DNA from: Podarcis filfolensis
Taxonomy: Eukaryota
Assembly (NCBI GenBank): GCA_964270895.1
Contig: OZ185440.1
DNA: 64,000 nt
Strand: one strand, 5' to 3'
A model generated the notes under the pieces. The model was given only the letters and a program-made list of their open reading frames with translations, was not told the origin of the DNA and searched no databases. Of this stretch, positions 38,746 to 52,558 are shown in pieces. Made by a program: the position numbers and the translations under genes. How positions within the stretch are numbered: position 1 is the stretch's first letter; the number at the start of each line of letters is the position of its first letter.

Positions 38746-41450
38746 GCTTTTTATATAGGAATACGAGTATTATCAATTTTCTTTCAAGTCCAACTCCCTT
38801 GTGGCAGCCATTTTGTGACTGGAGCCCACAACATACTCTCAACATTTCAAATGTGCCCCTGGGCCCAAAAAGGTTGGCAGTCACTATTCTAGTCTGTGTA
38901 TCAAAGCTTATTTCTTTAGCCCAACACATTCCCAAACACACAGTGTTTCTTCTGAACTTGTGCTTCTATACATATTTGCCTCCTGTTCAGTGCATGAAGC
39001 ACTGAGGCATAGATTTGAAAGAGTTCTCTCATCTCTTACTATAGATAGCAGGAGCTCAGGGAACTCATACAGTATCTTGCTTCTTCCCCCAGAGAGCTTG
39101 GAACTGCTTAAATATGGTTCCTATGCTGTTTCTCAGTGATGCAGCTTACATGGCCAGGCCAAACCTGCTTAACTTCATCAGCAGAATTGTATCATGTGCT
39201 TTTCACATGTTCTTTCAATGCATGAATGGACAGGGACTGGGATAGTGCCTGCTGATCTCGCTCCTGACCTCCAGTTGTCCATCAGAAATGTGAATAAGGC
39301 AGTGGAAATTCAAATTGTCCATGTGTAACATGTCTCTACTCAGTTGAGAAGTTTGAGGGAGTAGAGGGGGAGGGACAATGGTGGTGCGAACACACTGGCA
39401 GAGCAAATCTAGCTCTCCAGCCCATGTATTTGCACCATGCTAATCTGCCCACTGCCTCATCTCCTAGCTCTGCCTTTCAGAAAGCAGTAGTATCATGGCC
39501 AACCAGAGGTTGAGTGACTGGTGGTGCCCCACCAAGCCATCTACTACTGGAAATGATGCATTTGAACATCTGAACTAAAGTGAAACCCCTTTCAACATGC
39601 ATCTAAAGAGCAACATTTTTTAAAGTGGAAAATTCATGAGCTATTATGTGGTCTGAAGATACTGGCTGTGCCGAAATGACTTCTTAATTTAACTGACCCA
39701 ATAGTGTGTGGCTTTACTTCACCTAAAGTGGTTTCTGCACTGTTAATTAACTACTTCCAGTTCACATTACTTATATTCTCTTGGATTTTAACCAGTACTG
39801 TTATTTTTACGGCTTTGTAGGGGGGCAGTTTTGGCCTGCCCAGTTACTGTTGTTCAATTAATATTAGCTCTAAGAAGCAACTCGTTTTCTCTGTTTATTT
39901 GTTCGCACCTACCATTATTGCCTTACCTGGTGGGAACCATAAACAGATGTAATTATGCTTCATTAAAATGGTGATTGATAATGGCCTGACTCTACAAGGT
40001 GCATTATGAGACTTCCTCTCCCCCCTGCTAGCTGGGCTTATTAATTGTAATGTATAGCATTTTGCATATCCATTAAGTCACAATTAAAATGCACACAAAT
40101 GAAGTTCAGATTAAGTTTAGTCACTGGTGTAAATTCACAAAAGGTAGACTTTGTGGAACTTGGGTGGAGGCTGCAATGCCTGATGTGAAACTAAAACTTA
40201 AGAGATTGCAATTTCTTTTCTTTCTCACAGAGATAAGCTCTCCAGAATAAAACATAGTTGGAGCCAAAACCTATGGTTTGATCTACCCAAAGATGTTCTT
40301 TACAGTGCTAGCTGAAACCACTAGAACAGAACAGCACTATTTTCTATGGTTAATGACTCTAAGTAAGTGAACAATAAGTAAATAACTATGGATGACTCAG
40401 ACAGCATCCTCCTGACTTGTCTGACTGGCAGATTTTGCACAGAAATACTTTTAGAACTAAAGGATAAACAGGGCAAAACACAGCAGTCTTCATGCTGCAA
40501 GATGTGGTTTTGAGTCCCTAAGTTGGCTAAACAAGTACATTGTGTTGAATCTCATGTTCTGGGAGGTGGGAGATGAGCTACATCAGATACATAATAAATA
40601 GGATGATTGTTGGGCCTTCAGCTTCATCTTGTTGATTACGATCTGACCTTTACAGCTGCCTCTGTCTTTCACTACCAGAATTGATAGCACATTCACATAA
40701 AGCACATGACTTTTAATAAATGCCCATTATTTAGGCATTTTATCAAAAATCTGCAACATGATATGAAAATCTCTTTCTATATAGGATGAAAGAAGCAGCT
40801 AATGCACTCCTTTATGCTAAGGATGATTGAGTGGGCAAGAGCGGCCAGAGCTTAATAAAAAGGAGGCAGGGATTCAAACCGTGACTTCAGGAGATTGAGT
40901 CTATAGATCTTCATTAGAGCTTTATGCCTTAAAAAGTGGTAATAGTCCCAAGGATTTACAGAAAACCACTCTGAGCTGCATGTTAACTTTTTTCACCACT
41001 GTTTCTCTGTATAATAGAAATAGAACCATGATTATTGTTGCTGTTGCTGTCTGTTAATAATATAGTATCATCCATGTACTTTGTACTTTACAACCTAGTG
41101 AATGAAAAACCAGTTTCCTGACTGAGGAGTTTATTATCTAAAATTGGAGGGAGGGAAGCAGGGACACAAGGAGACAATACATTCAGTTGAGCAACCAGTA
41201 TGGTGAAAGAGAGCCATGTCCCTATAGTTTACCTGGATGGGATTGGAGAAGAGCAGGGTTGTCGTGGTGACAAGGTTGTGGGGGCCCACTGGCAGTAATG
41301 GCAAATGGCCGTGGTGGAAGTTTCCATGCAGCCCCATTTCCATCTTGATAAGCTATAGAAGTGCCAGCATTGGCAAAGTGATTCTGCAGCTCTGCCCCCA
41401 CCAGACTGGCTGCCACTGGCAACCAGGCTTCGGTTAGGTTAAGCAGAGTA

Positions 41451-41691
41451 CAGTCGTATCTTGGAAGTCAAACAGAATCCGTTCTGGAAGTCCGTTCGAC
41501 TTCCAAAACATTTGGAAACCAAAGCGCAGCTTCTGATTGGCTGCAAGAAGCTCCTGCAGCCATTTGGAAGCCATGCCAGACGTTTGGCTTCCGAAAATTG
41601 TTCAAAAACCAGAACACTCACTTCCGGGTTTTGATAGTTTGGGAGCCAATTTATTTGGGAGCCAAGGCGTTCGAGATCCAAGGTACGACTG
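41451..41691. mobile_element. Tc1/mariner-pogo (Tigger-like) MITE, 241 bp
   Basis: 15-bp TIRs CAGTCGTATCTTGGA / TCCAAGGTACGACTG (1 mismatch); TA on the left flank. Confidence 0.85.
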
Positions 41692-42182
41692 TTTAAGAAA
41701 CTGGTAAAAGTTCTCCAACCTCAGACTTAGAAGGAAATTCTAGAAACTCAGCGAAGTCCATTTCAAAAAAAGAAAGAAGGAAGGAAAGAAAGAAAAGAAA
41801 AGATGATCTAGGAGAATAGTTTACTGGAAGAGAGGAGTAAACTTCTCAAGTGTTGAGGACAGGGATGGGTTGCTGGTAGAATCTTCAAAATCTAAAGAGT
41901 GGGCAGATGTGACAGAAAACACAAGAAATGGCTGTTTTTTAAGCAAGATGGCAGCACCAGTGCACTGTGCGCATGGAAGAAGCAAGAGGCAGAGTGTCTG
42001 GATGATGAGGATGTGTGCAGTGTTGAAAGCAATGGCAAGAGAGAATTTCACAACAGAAGTTACAATATCCTTTCCTGGATATTCTTGGCCATGTTCACTA
42101 CAGGCATTTTGTGTCCAAAAGATACCAAGATGCTAGGGGCAAATCATGATATCCTCTGACAGTCTTTATTTTGCTAGTAATT

Positions 42183-42266
42183 TGCAATCCTGTACACACC
42201 TACTTGGGAGTAAGTTCCATTGAACTCAGTGGGATTTACATCTGAGCAGAAATGTCTGGGATTGTG
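42183..42266. mobile_element. Short palindromic lizard repeat (about 85 bp)
   Basis: gcaatcc...gggagtaagttccattgaactcagtgggatttac...ggattgt with inverted ends. Confidence 0.5.
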
Positions 42267-43504
42267 CTGCAAACTTCTTAAGGAATGATTTCAAAAATGT
42301 CCTATGATTCTTTGACCCTGTTGTGCCATATTTCATATTCTGAACACCCTAGAGGGAAGAAAAACAAACTCTGTATGCCAGTACACTTTAAAGAAGGACA
42401 ATTTGTTCTTCACAATCATTTCCAGCTACGGTATAAATTATTTGGAAAAATTGATACTGCATACATTAAGGAGTGTTATTTCTCCCCCTCTCTTTTTCGT
42501 CCCTTTTTTTGTTCTGATTAGACAAATGAATCATGCGAGTGAGCATTCCCTGTGATGCTGCTAATTGATGGTACACTATAAAATTGTATTGCAATAAGCA
42601 AACACTTTCAGCCTCCCTGTGCTTAGCTGCATTGGCCCACGATCAGCAAAGCTTTGAAATCCTGAATTTAAATTACCATTCTTTTGACTGCTGTTCATGA
42701 CGTTAATTAGCTGTGTTAATTGGTTGTTTTGATACATGAAGAGCAGAATAATCCAACTTTATTTTTTATTTTTTGGAAAGCCAAAATTATTAGGAGTTTG
42801 GCAAGAGCACGGGGAGGGTTTTCTTTAGTACTTTTGAATGCTTCCATCTTCCTGTTTTCTGTGTGCACTGTTGTGTTTGCTGATGACTGCATTCTTTTTT
42901 AAGCCCCCTGTGTGAGTAATCAACACAGGAGTCAATGGTACATGTTTGAATATGCTTTCCAGCAGAGATCTGTGAGACATTGTTGTCTCCAAATTATTGA
43001 ATTGCTGTAGACAAAATGCAGCCATGCCAACATCGTTTGTATTGTAGGGGGGTCTGGCAGATGAAAGGATACGTGCTTTAAACCATTTAGCTGCCAAAGT
43101 TGCTGCTATAGCCACACAGCAGGTGACTCAGAATTGAGATAATGGTTCTGAAGTCATGATGCGCCAACTCATCAGAACAGGGCAGGCTCTCGGTTTTATC
43201 ACACTAAAGCAAGCAGGAGGAAGTGGTCTCATGGACACATGACCTTTAGCATTCCAGCTTATAGGTGTTGTCCAGCTCTGTGAGATAAATGGTAGGTAGC
43301 TATCTGCTTTTGTAAACAGTTGATAAGGAATGTGCTTGCTGTTGTTTTGCCCTGTGCTGCGCACACTTCACAATATCAACATGTGGGGTCACTTAAATAA
43401 GCAACTACTCCATATCTTGTGGACCTCCTATATTCCAGCTCCACCTTTTATTGCTCCTTTTGCCTTTCTCCAGTCTGAATTTGCCCATGGTTGAGGTGGA
43501 AAGG

Positions 43505-43875
43505 AGACAGGGAAAAGGAAGTTCTGGGAAACTACAGGTCAAGTTTATATTTGATACAAGGGGAGACACTACAACAGATTATAAAAAGAGTTCATTTGTG
43601 TTTTGTTTAAAATGCAGTGATTAGTAAGAGCCAGCATGACTTTGTCAAGAATAAATCCTGCCAGGCTAATTTTATCTCTCCCTCTTTTACTTTGGTGACT
43701 AGCTTAATGGGTTGTGGGAATGCCGCACATGTAATTTATCTTGATTTCAGCAAAGCATTTGACAAAGTTGTCCATGTTTTTTTGGTTAGCAAACGAGTTA
43801 AATGTGGGCAATACTCTCAAGTGGATTCACAATTGGTTGGAAAGCCATACTCAAAATATTGCTCATCAATAGTTA
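43505..43875 (+). mobile_element. CR1 LINE reverse-transcriptase fragment, frameshifted
   Basis: Conceptual translation GNYR...LQQIIKR...SQHDFVKNKSCQ.N...GNA..VIYLDFSKAFDKV.H...KCG...WIHNWL matches the CR1 RT motifs. Confidence 0.9.
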
Positions 43876-45299
43876 CACATCAAACTAGGGCTGGTCCAAA
43901 ACGAGAAGAAGCTGTTCATTTCTATTTCACCCACCTTAACATTTGCTGTCTGGATTCATCTTTCTTTCCTGAGGATGTTGAATGCTGCAAAGAAAAAGGC
44001 AGCCACAATGAGCCATTGCTGCTCACTGGAAAGTGGGGGCGGTTAGCCAGGTTTCACCCTGATTCTATCCATGCCACCCACTGCCTGTTTCTACCATTCA
44101 TTAGCCTGGAGTCCTTGTGCCCTTGTAGAATTAGAGATACATGGCAAAATGTGCAGCTCCTTTTCTTCACTGATGACACTAGCGTCCACAAGTCTGCCTC
44201 CATGGAGGACATTGCAAAATATTTTGTCTCTTGAACTCTCTTGTGCAAAGAGAAGCAGTAAGGACACTGAGCGGCGTTTCAGAGTTCTTGAACGGACCTT
44301 TTCCTGTGCTGCTTGCTAGAGACTAGGTAACCAGACAAAGCCCCAAGCCCTTGGCCATGCCCTCAAGCACTCATTGTTTGCTGGGATGAAAACAGAGGAA
44401 AACAATGGCATAAAACAAATAGTGAAATAAAAGTAGGTCTGAAATTACAGATTATTCTGATGTACCATATGTTACTTATATATAATGACAGTCAAAGGGC
44501 TACAGCTTTTTGTCCTGTTCAGTTGCATTTCCCTTTATACATTTAAAAGGAAAAGAAGCAGTAAAGTGGTGGGTGTTTGCAAAATGCATCTATTTTGGCT
44601 GCAGCCCTAAACCTGCTTACCTGGGGACCATCAATTCAATGGACTTATATCCGAGTAGATCTATATAGAATTTCACTATGTGTTTGTGCACATGTGTGGC
44701 ACACTCTTCTCTGTGGAATTTTATTGATTTGCAGAGCAGGGCTTTTTTGCTGTCAAGATTGTGGAGGCTTTAGCCTGTAAATTTTATTTCCAGCGAAGTG
44801 TCAAGCAATGTAATCCAGCAAAGCTACCATGATGACTGCCATTGGAGGAAAGTGACAGTTTCTCTGCCATTTTCCAAGCTCTTCCCATCCTCCCAACACT
44901 TTCTGTTTTACCGTGTGGGCGGATTGATTGGCAGGTACCTCAGTAAATAGGTTGTGAAAATATCACTTAAATGACTTGATATTGCAGGTGACTTGAAGGA
45001 CTTGTGAAAACAGCGTCAATTAAGCCATGTGCATGTGTGTATGTGTGTGCTTGAATATGGCTTCTGAATGCTTTTGAAAGTAAAAGCACCTATCATTCAA
45101 AATGTTACACAAGAGGCACTTAGCAGGTGAAGCAACACACTGAAAGTGCAGTGTAATCAGTTGCTACTGAGAATCCTCACTTGAAAAGGAGAAACTGCCA
45201 GGTGCTGATCTCTTTAACTCCATGTGGTTAGTCTGTCCAAGTTGAGAAGTGATCTGAACACAAACTGGTGTGTGGCTTGCTGCCATATTTAAACCAAGG

Positions 45300-45436
45300 C
45301 AGGGAGGAGGAACCTCAGACTCTCCAGATGTTGTTGGATTCCTTCTTCTATGCACTCCAGCCAGCTTGGCCTATTCTTAAGGATGCTGTGAGTTGTAGTC
45401 CAGCAACATCTGGATGCCCAAAGCCTCCCCGCCATG
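45300..45436. mobile_element. Short palindromic hAT-like MITE (family A)
   Basis: ctccagatgttgttgga ... tccagcaacatctggatg inverted repeat. Confidence 0.6.
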
Positions 45437-45530
45437 TTTCGGCTTTAAAAAATGTGGTTTGGGGTTTCTGTTTCATTACTGCAAGTCAGTGGATCAGGCA
45501 ACTGACTCTGTGCATTCTAAAGGATAACTA

Positions 45531-45803
45531 AGCCATGGAATCTGCTACAAGAAGATGTAGTAGTGATGGCCACTAACTTGGATGGCTTTAAAATGGGCTT
45601 AGATAAATTCAAAGCTAAGGCTATCATTGGCTACTAATGGCTACCTATTATCTACGCTATCAGGGGCAAAATGCCTCTTGATTCCAGTTTCTTGGGATCA
45701 TGAGGAGGGAGTGCTATCACACAGCTATCTGGTTAGCCACTGTGGGAGCAGGATACTGGACTGGTTGGTGCTGTGTGTGATGCAGCAGAGCTCTTATGTT
45801 CTT
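45531..45803 (+). mobile_element. CR1 LINE 3' end
   Basis: gtgatggccactaacttggatggctttaaaatgggcttagataaattc...ctcttatgttctt, typical of squamate CR1 3' ends. Confidence 0.75.
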
Positions 45804-46769
45804 GTAGGAAATGAATCACATGTGAACTGGCCCTACAGCCCTTAGACCTCAGGTCCAAGTAGCTACAGCTACTCTGCTGCTTAAGTACAGTCTGATATTA
45901 ATCTTCCCATTGCCACCACTGCCACTAAGTTTAGCTGCTGCGATATTTGCTCTTAAAGAGTGCTGGGCTGGCATAGCCTGATTACCGACGCTTATGAGAT
46001 CCTGCAGTTTTTCTGGGTATGTCTCTTTTCTTTCATTTGTTCTTTAAAAAGAAAAGAAAGGACTTGCTAAGAAAATCCAATTCTAGATGCAATATCAGTC
46101 CTGGTCCAATCTTACCTCGGTAGCCTAAGCTTGCTTCAGACACCAGTGGACAGTTGACTCATCCCAGGAAATGTAACACAATTTAGTGCAATTTTCCACA
46201 GTTGACATATGTTGATCAATATAGGACTTAGAATTTAACAAGCGTGGCATTTCAATTAAATTGAATTACTGAAGAGTATAGTCATCATCGTACCAGGAGA
46301 AAGGTGTTTTAGCAAATGAAACGGCCAACCCCCCACTCTCTCCTCATGCTGTGTTGCAGCTGGTCTGTGAATTAAAAAGTAAGCTTTAGCTTTCAACTTT
46401 CATCAACACTTAATTCTTAAGCAAACCATGTCATTAAGGTAAATTGTTTCTCTTCCCTCCCCTCTTTCCCTCGGGCTACTGCTACATTTTTATTTTTTTG
46501 AAAGCATAAAAGAAGGATGCTTGCTACAGAACAGGCACATATACTGTCCATTAGATGATGCATTACTAAACACCCAGCTCCGCTGTCCTCAATTAATAAT
46601 TCCACATTGTTCATATAATGGCTGAACTGCAATGCAAAAACTCTTCTACACACAACCATATTCTCAAAGAACAGCTATTGTGTTTGTGTAACATTTGATC
46701 TGCTTACCTACGAGTCTGCCTTACCCCATACATGCCCACACAACTACTTCTGGTGGAAATGGCACTGTT

Positions 46770-47100
46770 ACAGGTGCTCCATAATACCCATTGCAAGAAC
46801 TTGATCTTTTAGTGTGGCAGCATCTACACTTTGGAAAGCCCTGCCTATTGACACCAGGCAAGCACCTTCACTGTGCTCTCTTCCGTGCCAGTTAAAAACT
46901 TCTTATTTAGACAATCCTACCCAGATGTTTAGAAAGTTGATGTGAGTTTTAATCAGTTTTTAGTTTATTGTTATTTCAACTTCTTGAAAGTTTTAAATTG
47001 TTGTTAATTTTTATAATGGAAATTTTATTGTTTTATCTTTTTTTGTAAACTGCTTTGAGGGGTTTTATTTACACTGTATAAATTTTATGAAATAAAATCA
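46770..47100 (+). mobile_element. L2 LINE 3' end
   Basis: ttttagtgtggcagcatctacactttggaaagccctgcc (an RAFSV.AP.LWN.LP-like remnant) followed by a T-rich tail ending tgtaaactgctttgag...aataaa. Confidence 0.65.
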
Positions 47101-47104
47101 AAAT

Positions 47105-47225
47105 AGGGCAGGGAGGGAAACGTTTTCATCCCAAAGGCCACGTTTTCTCTTGGATACACACCAGTGACAAGCACAGCTAGATGCAGCCAGTGAGTGTAGT
47201 CAGAGGCAAAAGTGGGTGAATAAAC
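47105..47225. mobile_element. Partial hAT-like MITE (family of 5476 and 31906)
   Basis: ggccacgttttc...cagaggcaaaagtggg is the reverse complement of the 32130-32215 block. Confidence 0.45.
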
Positions 47226-47545
47226 AGATGTGGAAAAGATCAGCCATATAAAAACCAGAGGTTTCTACACACACATACACACATATCTTTGCATCCTCCA
47301 TCTAGGTAATCAAGAGACACTTTCACGATTTGGATATACTTCTAATATAAAATATGCCCCTTGCAATTATATCCCATCCCTTGTTCAAGGAGTTCAGAAC
47401 AGTGTACATGGAAGGAGTTATCTCACTTTGTCTTCATTACAACCCTAGGCTAAAAAACAGTGTTTGGCTCAAAACAACCCAGTGATCTTCATGGTCCAAG
47501 TGGAGTTTTGACCATAGGGCTCCTAAATCCAAATCTTCTAACCCA

Positions 47546-47672
47546 GTATTCATCCACGAGTAGCCAATGCAGTGCCCTCTGATATTGTTTGCCTCCAGCC
47601 CCAGCATCCTTGACCACTGGCCATGCTGCCTGGGGCTGATGTCCAACAATAGCTGGAAAGCAACAGACTGAC
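47546..47672. mobile_element. Decayed palindromic MITE (family A)
   Basis: ccctctgatattgtt...ccccagcatcc...ggggctgatgtccaacaatagctgg. Confidence 0.45.
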
Positions 47673-49717
47673 TCCCTGTACATCCACCACATGAAGAATG
47701 AGTGCCTTCTCACCTGTTTTAAACTGATCTAGCCTAGGAGGGCTAGTGGATGAACGCTGCACACATTAGCAACTACATATGAAACCACATATGCGGGTGA
47801 ATGTTAGGCAGATCTTTTTTTTTAGTTCACTTGAAGCCAAGTTTGTTTGCAGTCCCTTCTGCTCTTCCTTTTACCATGCTAACAGACACTGTAAATTCAA
47901 GTGTGAAGGAACCATGCCTGCACAATTATCTTCTGTCACAGGAGTTGCAATCTGCATCATTAGCCAGGCATTAATGTTGGCAGAAGAACAAGACAGGAAG
48001 AGGCAGTGTTTAATATAAACACCAGTAAATGACAGCAAGCCTGCGTGCACAGTTTAACATCTTTTGGTTTTTTTTATCATTTCCACATTGGGCTTTACTT
48101 ATTACAGTTAAATAAAACATGTAGCACAATTAGAGGAATGTAATAAAGATCACTCTATCTATCTTATAAGTGCATATGTCTGTTGCGGTATAAGCATTTA
48201 GGATGCAAGCTTTTTTAGATAAGAGTGTTGAAGGTGGTTTAATACAGGTGCTATTTCCTGTGGAGCATACAGTCAACTGGCTTATGAAGGTTTTTTAAAA
48301 ACAACAACAACAACAAAATAAAATAAGTACTGCAAAAATCTGAGAATGACAATGGGGTTGTATTGGGAAAACACATACAACACCTCTATCATTTTATTCA
48401 CAGCTATCTGAAAAGAACTGCCAATGGCAATTATAGGATTGGAGTATGTTTCTCTTTTTAGGAAATCTGAAATTCCTGGTTACCATAGCGTGGAAGGTTG
48501 ATTGGAGGCAGACTTTGGTAATCTTTCAAAATATGGCACCCTTTGCAAGGCCAACATTTGGCACCCCAAAATCTTCACCATTATGGATCATCTCAATTGT
48601 GTGCCCCCATGGCTCAGCTCCCTGTATGGCAGAACGGCTCACACCACCTTAAATCCTGCACTGGGTTGATATTAAAGTAATGAGAAGATCAGTTCTGCAG
48701 CAGTATATCTTTGTCACTGCCACCCTTGTCACACACACCCTTCTTTCCCAAGCAAAAATGCTAGGGAATCTGGAATGGAGTACTCTACATTAATGACACA
48801 TTGTTGACATGTTCTACAAGAATTTGGCTCTTATTTAATGTGCAGACATAGAGACGGCACTCATGTGGTATCTGAATTCTGTACCTACTTTAAAAATTGC
48901 AGTGGATATGTCTGTTAGCTGGGGAAGCCATATGGGGGCAACTAAGTAACAGTGCAGTCAATTACCTGCCCAGATATGGTGGGTGCAAAGCATTTTCCAA
49001 GTCAAAGAAAATGTTTGATGAGATAAAGGGAAGCAGTTCATGGCAAATGGCAAATGTGTGGTGGAGGTGGAGGAGAAGAGAGATTAATTCCCCTCTTGAA
49101 TGAGAAGTGTGTTTGAGACTGACAGATGGGCTGTAAATACTCAGAACCAAGGACAGGAGCTGCGAAAGAGACAGTCTGGTGATTGAAGTGTGATTGTGAT
49201 TGAGGTAGTATGTTTCCTAGCCAAGGTGACAGGTTTTTTTGTGCTGGGGTTGAAGCGAGGAAGGGGAAAGAACTCAAGCCAAGGGTGCAGCACTTCACAT
49301 CAGCCTAGACTAGGGCACAATCTTTAGACTCAATAAGTGATATCTGGGTCCCATAGGGGTTATCCTTGCAGGTCAAATTCACTGCCAGCCTTTTAAGTGA
49401 GTTGCTGAAGGTGCAAGAAAGGTGAAAAGACTTTGTTCCTTGCTAAAATCATTGAGCTGTCTAGCAGCGTTGACTATGGTAGCCATGTGACTGGAAGTTA
49501 ATCACGCAGTGGTGAAATGTGGCCGATGTTGATCATGAGAACAGCCACTACACATCAGTGGCAATTTGGCCCCAAAAGTAGGCATTACCTAAGAAAGAGA
49601 GGGGGGGCATTTCAGATCTAGAAGAATTTCTGTACATATTCCCTTCATATGTGTTGCTTTGCTGTGCAGATGTAAACTTATCATAATGGCTTTGTTCAAC
49701 ATCACACATCATTCATT

Positions 49718-49732
49718 CTACTACTACTACTG

Positions 49733-49763
<31 letters not shown>
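49718..49763. repeat. (CTA)n microsatellite, one interruption
   Basis: Direct reading. Confidence 0.95.
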
Positions 49764-50347
49764 CTGACACACCCTCCATTGTTACTTTTAATACATATTA
49801 TAAAATGTCTGAAAGGCTAATTCACCAGTTCAGGATTTGAGCAATGGCTACACAGATTTATCTCAGCAATTTAAATAAGATTCTAGGCAAACCCCTGTAA
49901 ATAAAACCCATGGGTCAGAGACCAGGGACAGGTTCAGCGTTTAGAGATTTTCTTCTTTTATATTTGGTTCTAGCTTGAAGAACCCCACCCCCCACCCAAA
50001 AAAACAACAACCACACACACCTGGAACCCCAATCTGGATGTCTGGATAGCTGCTTCTGCAACCTCTCACACGCACCTGAGAGATGGCCAAACAACCATAT
50101 TTTTAAAAGGTTCTTTAAAAACCCAGCAGTATTAGCAGCCAGAAGACTGTAGATACATAGATATTCTGAACTTCAAAACTTCCCATTTCCTCCCAAGGTC
50201 TAAATGCACAGTTGAAAGTCTGTTTCCTTTCGCCCGTCTCATGGAGTTGGAGTCCCTTGCTTGCTCTGCCAATATGCAAAAATTGAGAGTGTAGAATGGG
50301 GGTAGGTGGGAATCAAGAGCATTGGAAAATGGAAACATTTGGAGCGC

Positions 50348-50379
50348 TGCAATCGATCCTGGTCCAGCAGGTGGCAGCA
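50348..50379 (+). promoter_or_regulatory. CTCF motif with upstream module
   Basis: CCAGCAGGTGGCAG (50364-50377) is an exact match to CCASYAGRKGGCRS, with TGCAAT at 50348-50353. Confidence 0.6.
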
Positions 50380-50821
50380 GAAGGCTCTAATAATTCCTCC
50401 AAAAAAAATTTAGAAACTTGCAGTTCCTGATTTTGCCAATAGAAAATTGAGAAAATGAATCCAGCTGCTAGGATATCTCAACACTTCCCTTCCGGCCTGA
50501 GTAGAGTCTTGGATTTCAGTGTATGTGATTCCCAAAGGAGAACTATTAATCATGTGACTATTCATCACGTTAATGGGAAATTGTGACCAGTGGAAGCCAG
50601 TCCCCCTTCTTAAGACAGAGTTTAACTTGGACCTATGGCAAACTAAGCTCCATTTCTTATGCACCTGTTGAAGGGAGCCAAACATAAATTTATCTAGATA
50701 AGTTTCCACCTTCTTCATGCTTCTGAACCAAACATTTCAGAGGATCAAGCTGGGAAAGTGGACTGGAGACAAAGCAATGGATTTTCATTCCCCAGCAGGA
50801 GTTCAGAGCCCCAGAAACGCT

Positions 50822-50957
50822 TAGCCTCTTTCAACCTTGGTTCCCTATATGTTGTTGGACTGCAACTCCCATCACCCTGGAACACTGGTCCTACTAGCCA
50901 AGGATGATGGGAGTTGTATTACAACAATAGCTGGGGACCCATGGTTGAAAAAGGCTG
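50822..50957. mobile_element. Short palindromic MITE (family A)
   Basis: Terminal IR agcctctttcaacc / ggttgaaaaaggct (13/14) and inner IR caactcccatca / tgatgggagttg. Confidence 0.75.
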
Positions 50958-52558
50958 TTCTAAATGGTGCTGTTTGTCCTGCAGGGATTATACTCTCTGT
51001 ATTAACTCCCTGTACATAGAGCAATGAAAGATGCTCACCTGTCAGCAGCACCCCCCCCCCATACACACACACCTTAGAAAAGTCAACCCAGAATTCCCAT
51101 TAAATCTCCCTATAGTCGTGGCCCAGCAAAAGCTCCCTGTTTCCTGACACTGAGCAACTTAGTGACCTGGAATGTCTGCCTGATATCTTGCTAGACTTTC
51201 TACCGCATCTATCATATCATATCATATGGTTTATTTATTTTATGCATTGTACCTCACTCTGGTATCTGTACAGGTGATGGGCAGTATATTTATATTTTTA
51301 AGACAATTGTGTGGGCTTTGTCCTACTTGCCACGTCTATAATTCTGCATCAGCTGCAGGAGGGCAAACTGACTCTCTCACTCTGGCTTTTATTCCTCTCC
51401 CATTCCAGCTCAAAACAGTACTTTAGTTCAGCTTGCTTATGCTTCTTCCTTCCCCTTGATTGCTTTCTGCACTTTCTTTATTTGCCCATACTGGCTTGCT
51501 TTGCCGCAAAGTGTATTTATTGCTAGCTAGCACACATAAATGCTCAGACATACATTCAATTACCTTTGAACAATTTCCATTTACTTTCTATTTTTTGCTT
51601 TCCCCCTGTTCAATTTCACCAAGCTCCTGCATTCTCCTGAGTGTGTTCAACTGACATGCACTCTTCTTCTAGTTCTTCTTTAATTAAGGACTTGCACTAA
51701 ATTCTCATCAGTGGGATTCAGTGGCTATCTTGTTTATACATCTTGGGCTGGGAATGTAAGCTTACCCCCCAAAACAGAGCAAGCGGTGCTGGTGTTTTGT
51801 TTTGGTTTTTTCCATCTACCATTGCAAATTATGCATAAAATCACTTTCCTGCCATGCATCTTCAGAATTGTTTTTGTCCAGACATGATTTCTAGTAGTAG
51901 GGTCTAGGAAACACACTATTTTGGCAATGTTTTCTGGCCCATGTATTTGCTCCAGCACTCCTTTCCTTCTTCACCCATTCAGTCTAGGCCTAGACCTCAA
52001 AATATCCTTGCCGGTGGATATGACAACACTGTTTTGATCTTGACTGTATCTGAACTCTGTCCATAGTCACATCTTCCTTAAGGCAGATGATGGCCCAGGA
52101 ATTCCTCGGGAGACTTGACACAATTTGAGAGGAGCAAGAGGATTCCTGGAGAGAATGAACTATAAAAATATTACTGGCCAGGAAATTATAACGACTTGGG
52201 GTGGGGGAGACAGGATTTAACAACTGCTTAGGAAGTCTATCAGGTTATGACAGGGGTGGGAATATAAGGGGTGGGGCTGAATCAGAACATCGGTTTGTTT
52301 AGCTTATTCTGAGTGAGGGCATGACAACTTGCACAACTTGTGATCTACCAAACTGAACGCAGCTGATCTGCAATGTACTTTAGTCTGCATTTGGTGACAG
52401 TTAGTACTGATACCTCACAACGGATTACTGTGCTGTTTATTTTTGTTGTTTGATACTATTTTATTTAACTCGTTGATTTTAATAAGATTTTGTATAGTTT
52501 TAATACACTGGAAACCATTTTGGTATTTTCCTATAAATGAAAAGTGGTGTGGTAGGTA

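Noticed and set aside
42065-42073. ATATCCTTT, a perfect AT-AC-type U12 donor within the intron
   Set aside because: No upstream U12 branch site or acceptor to define an exon, and a match is within chance expectation for 51 kb.
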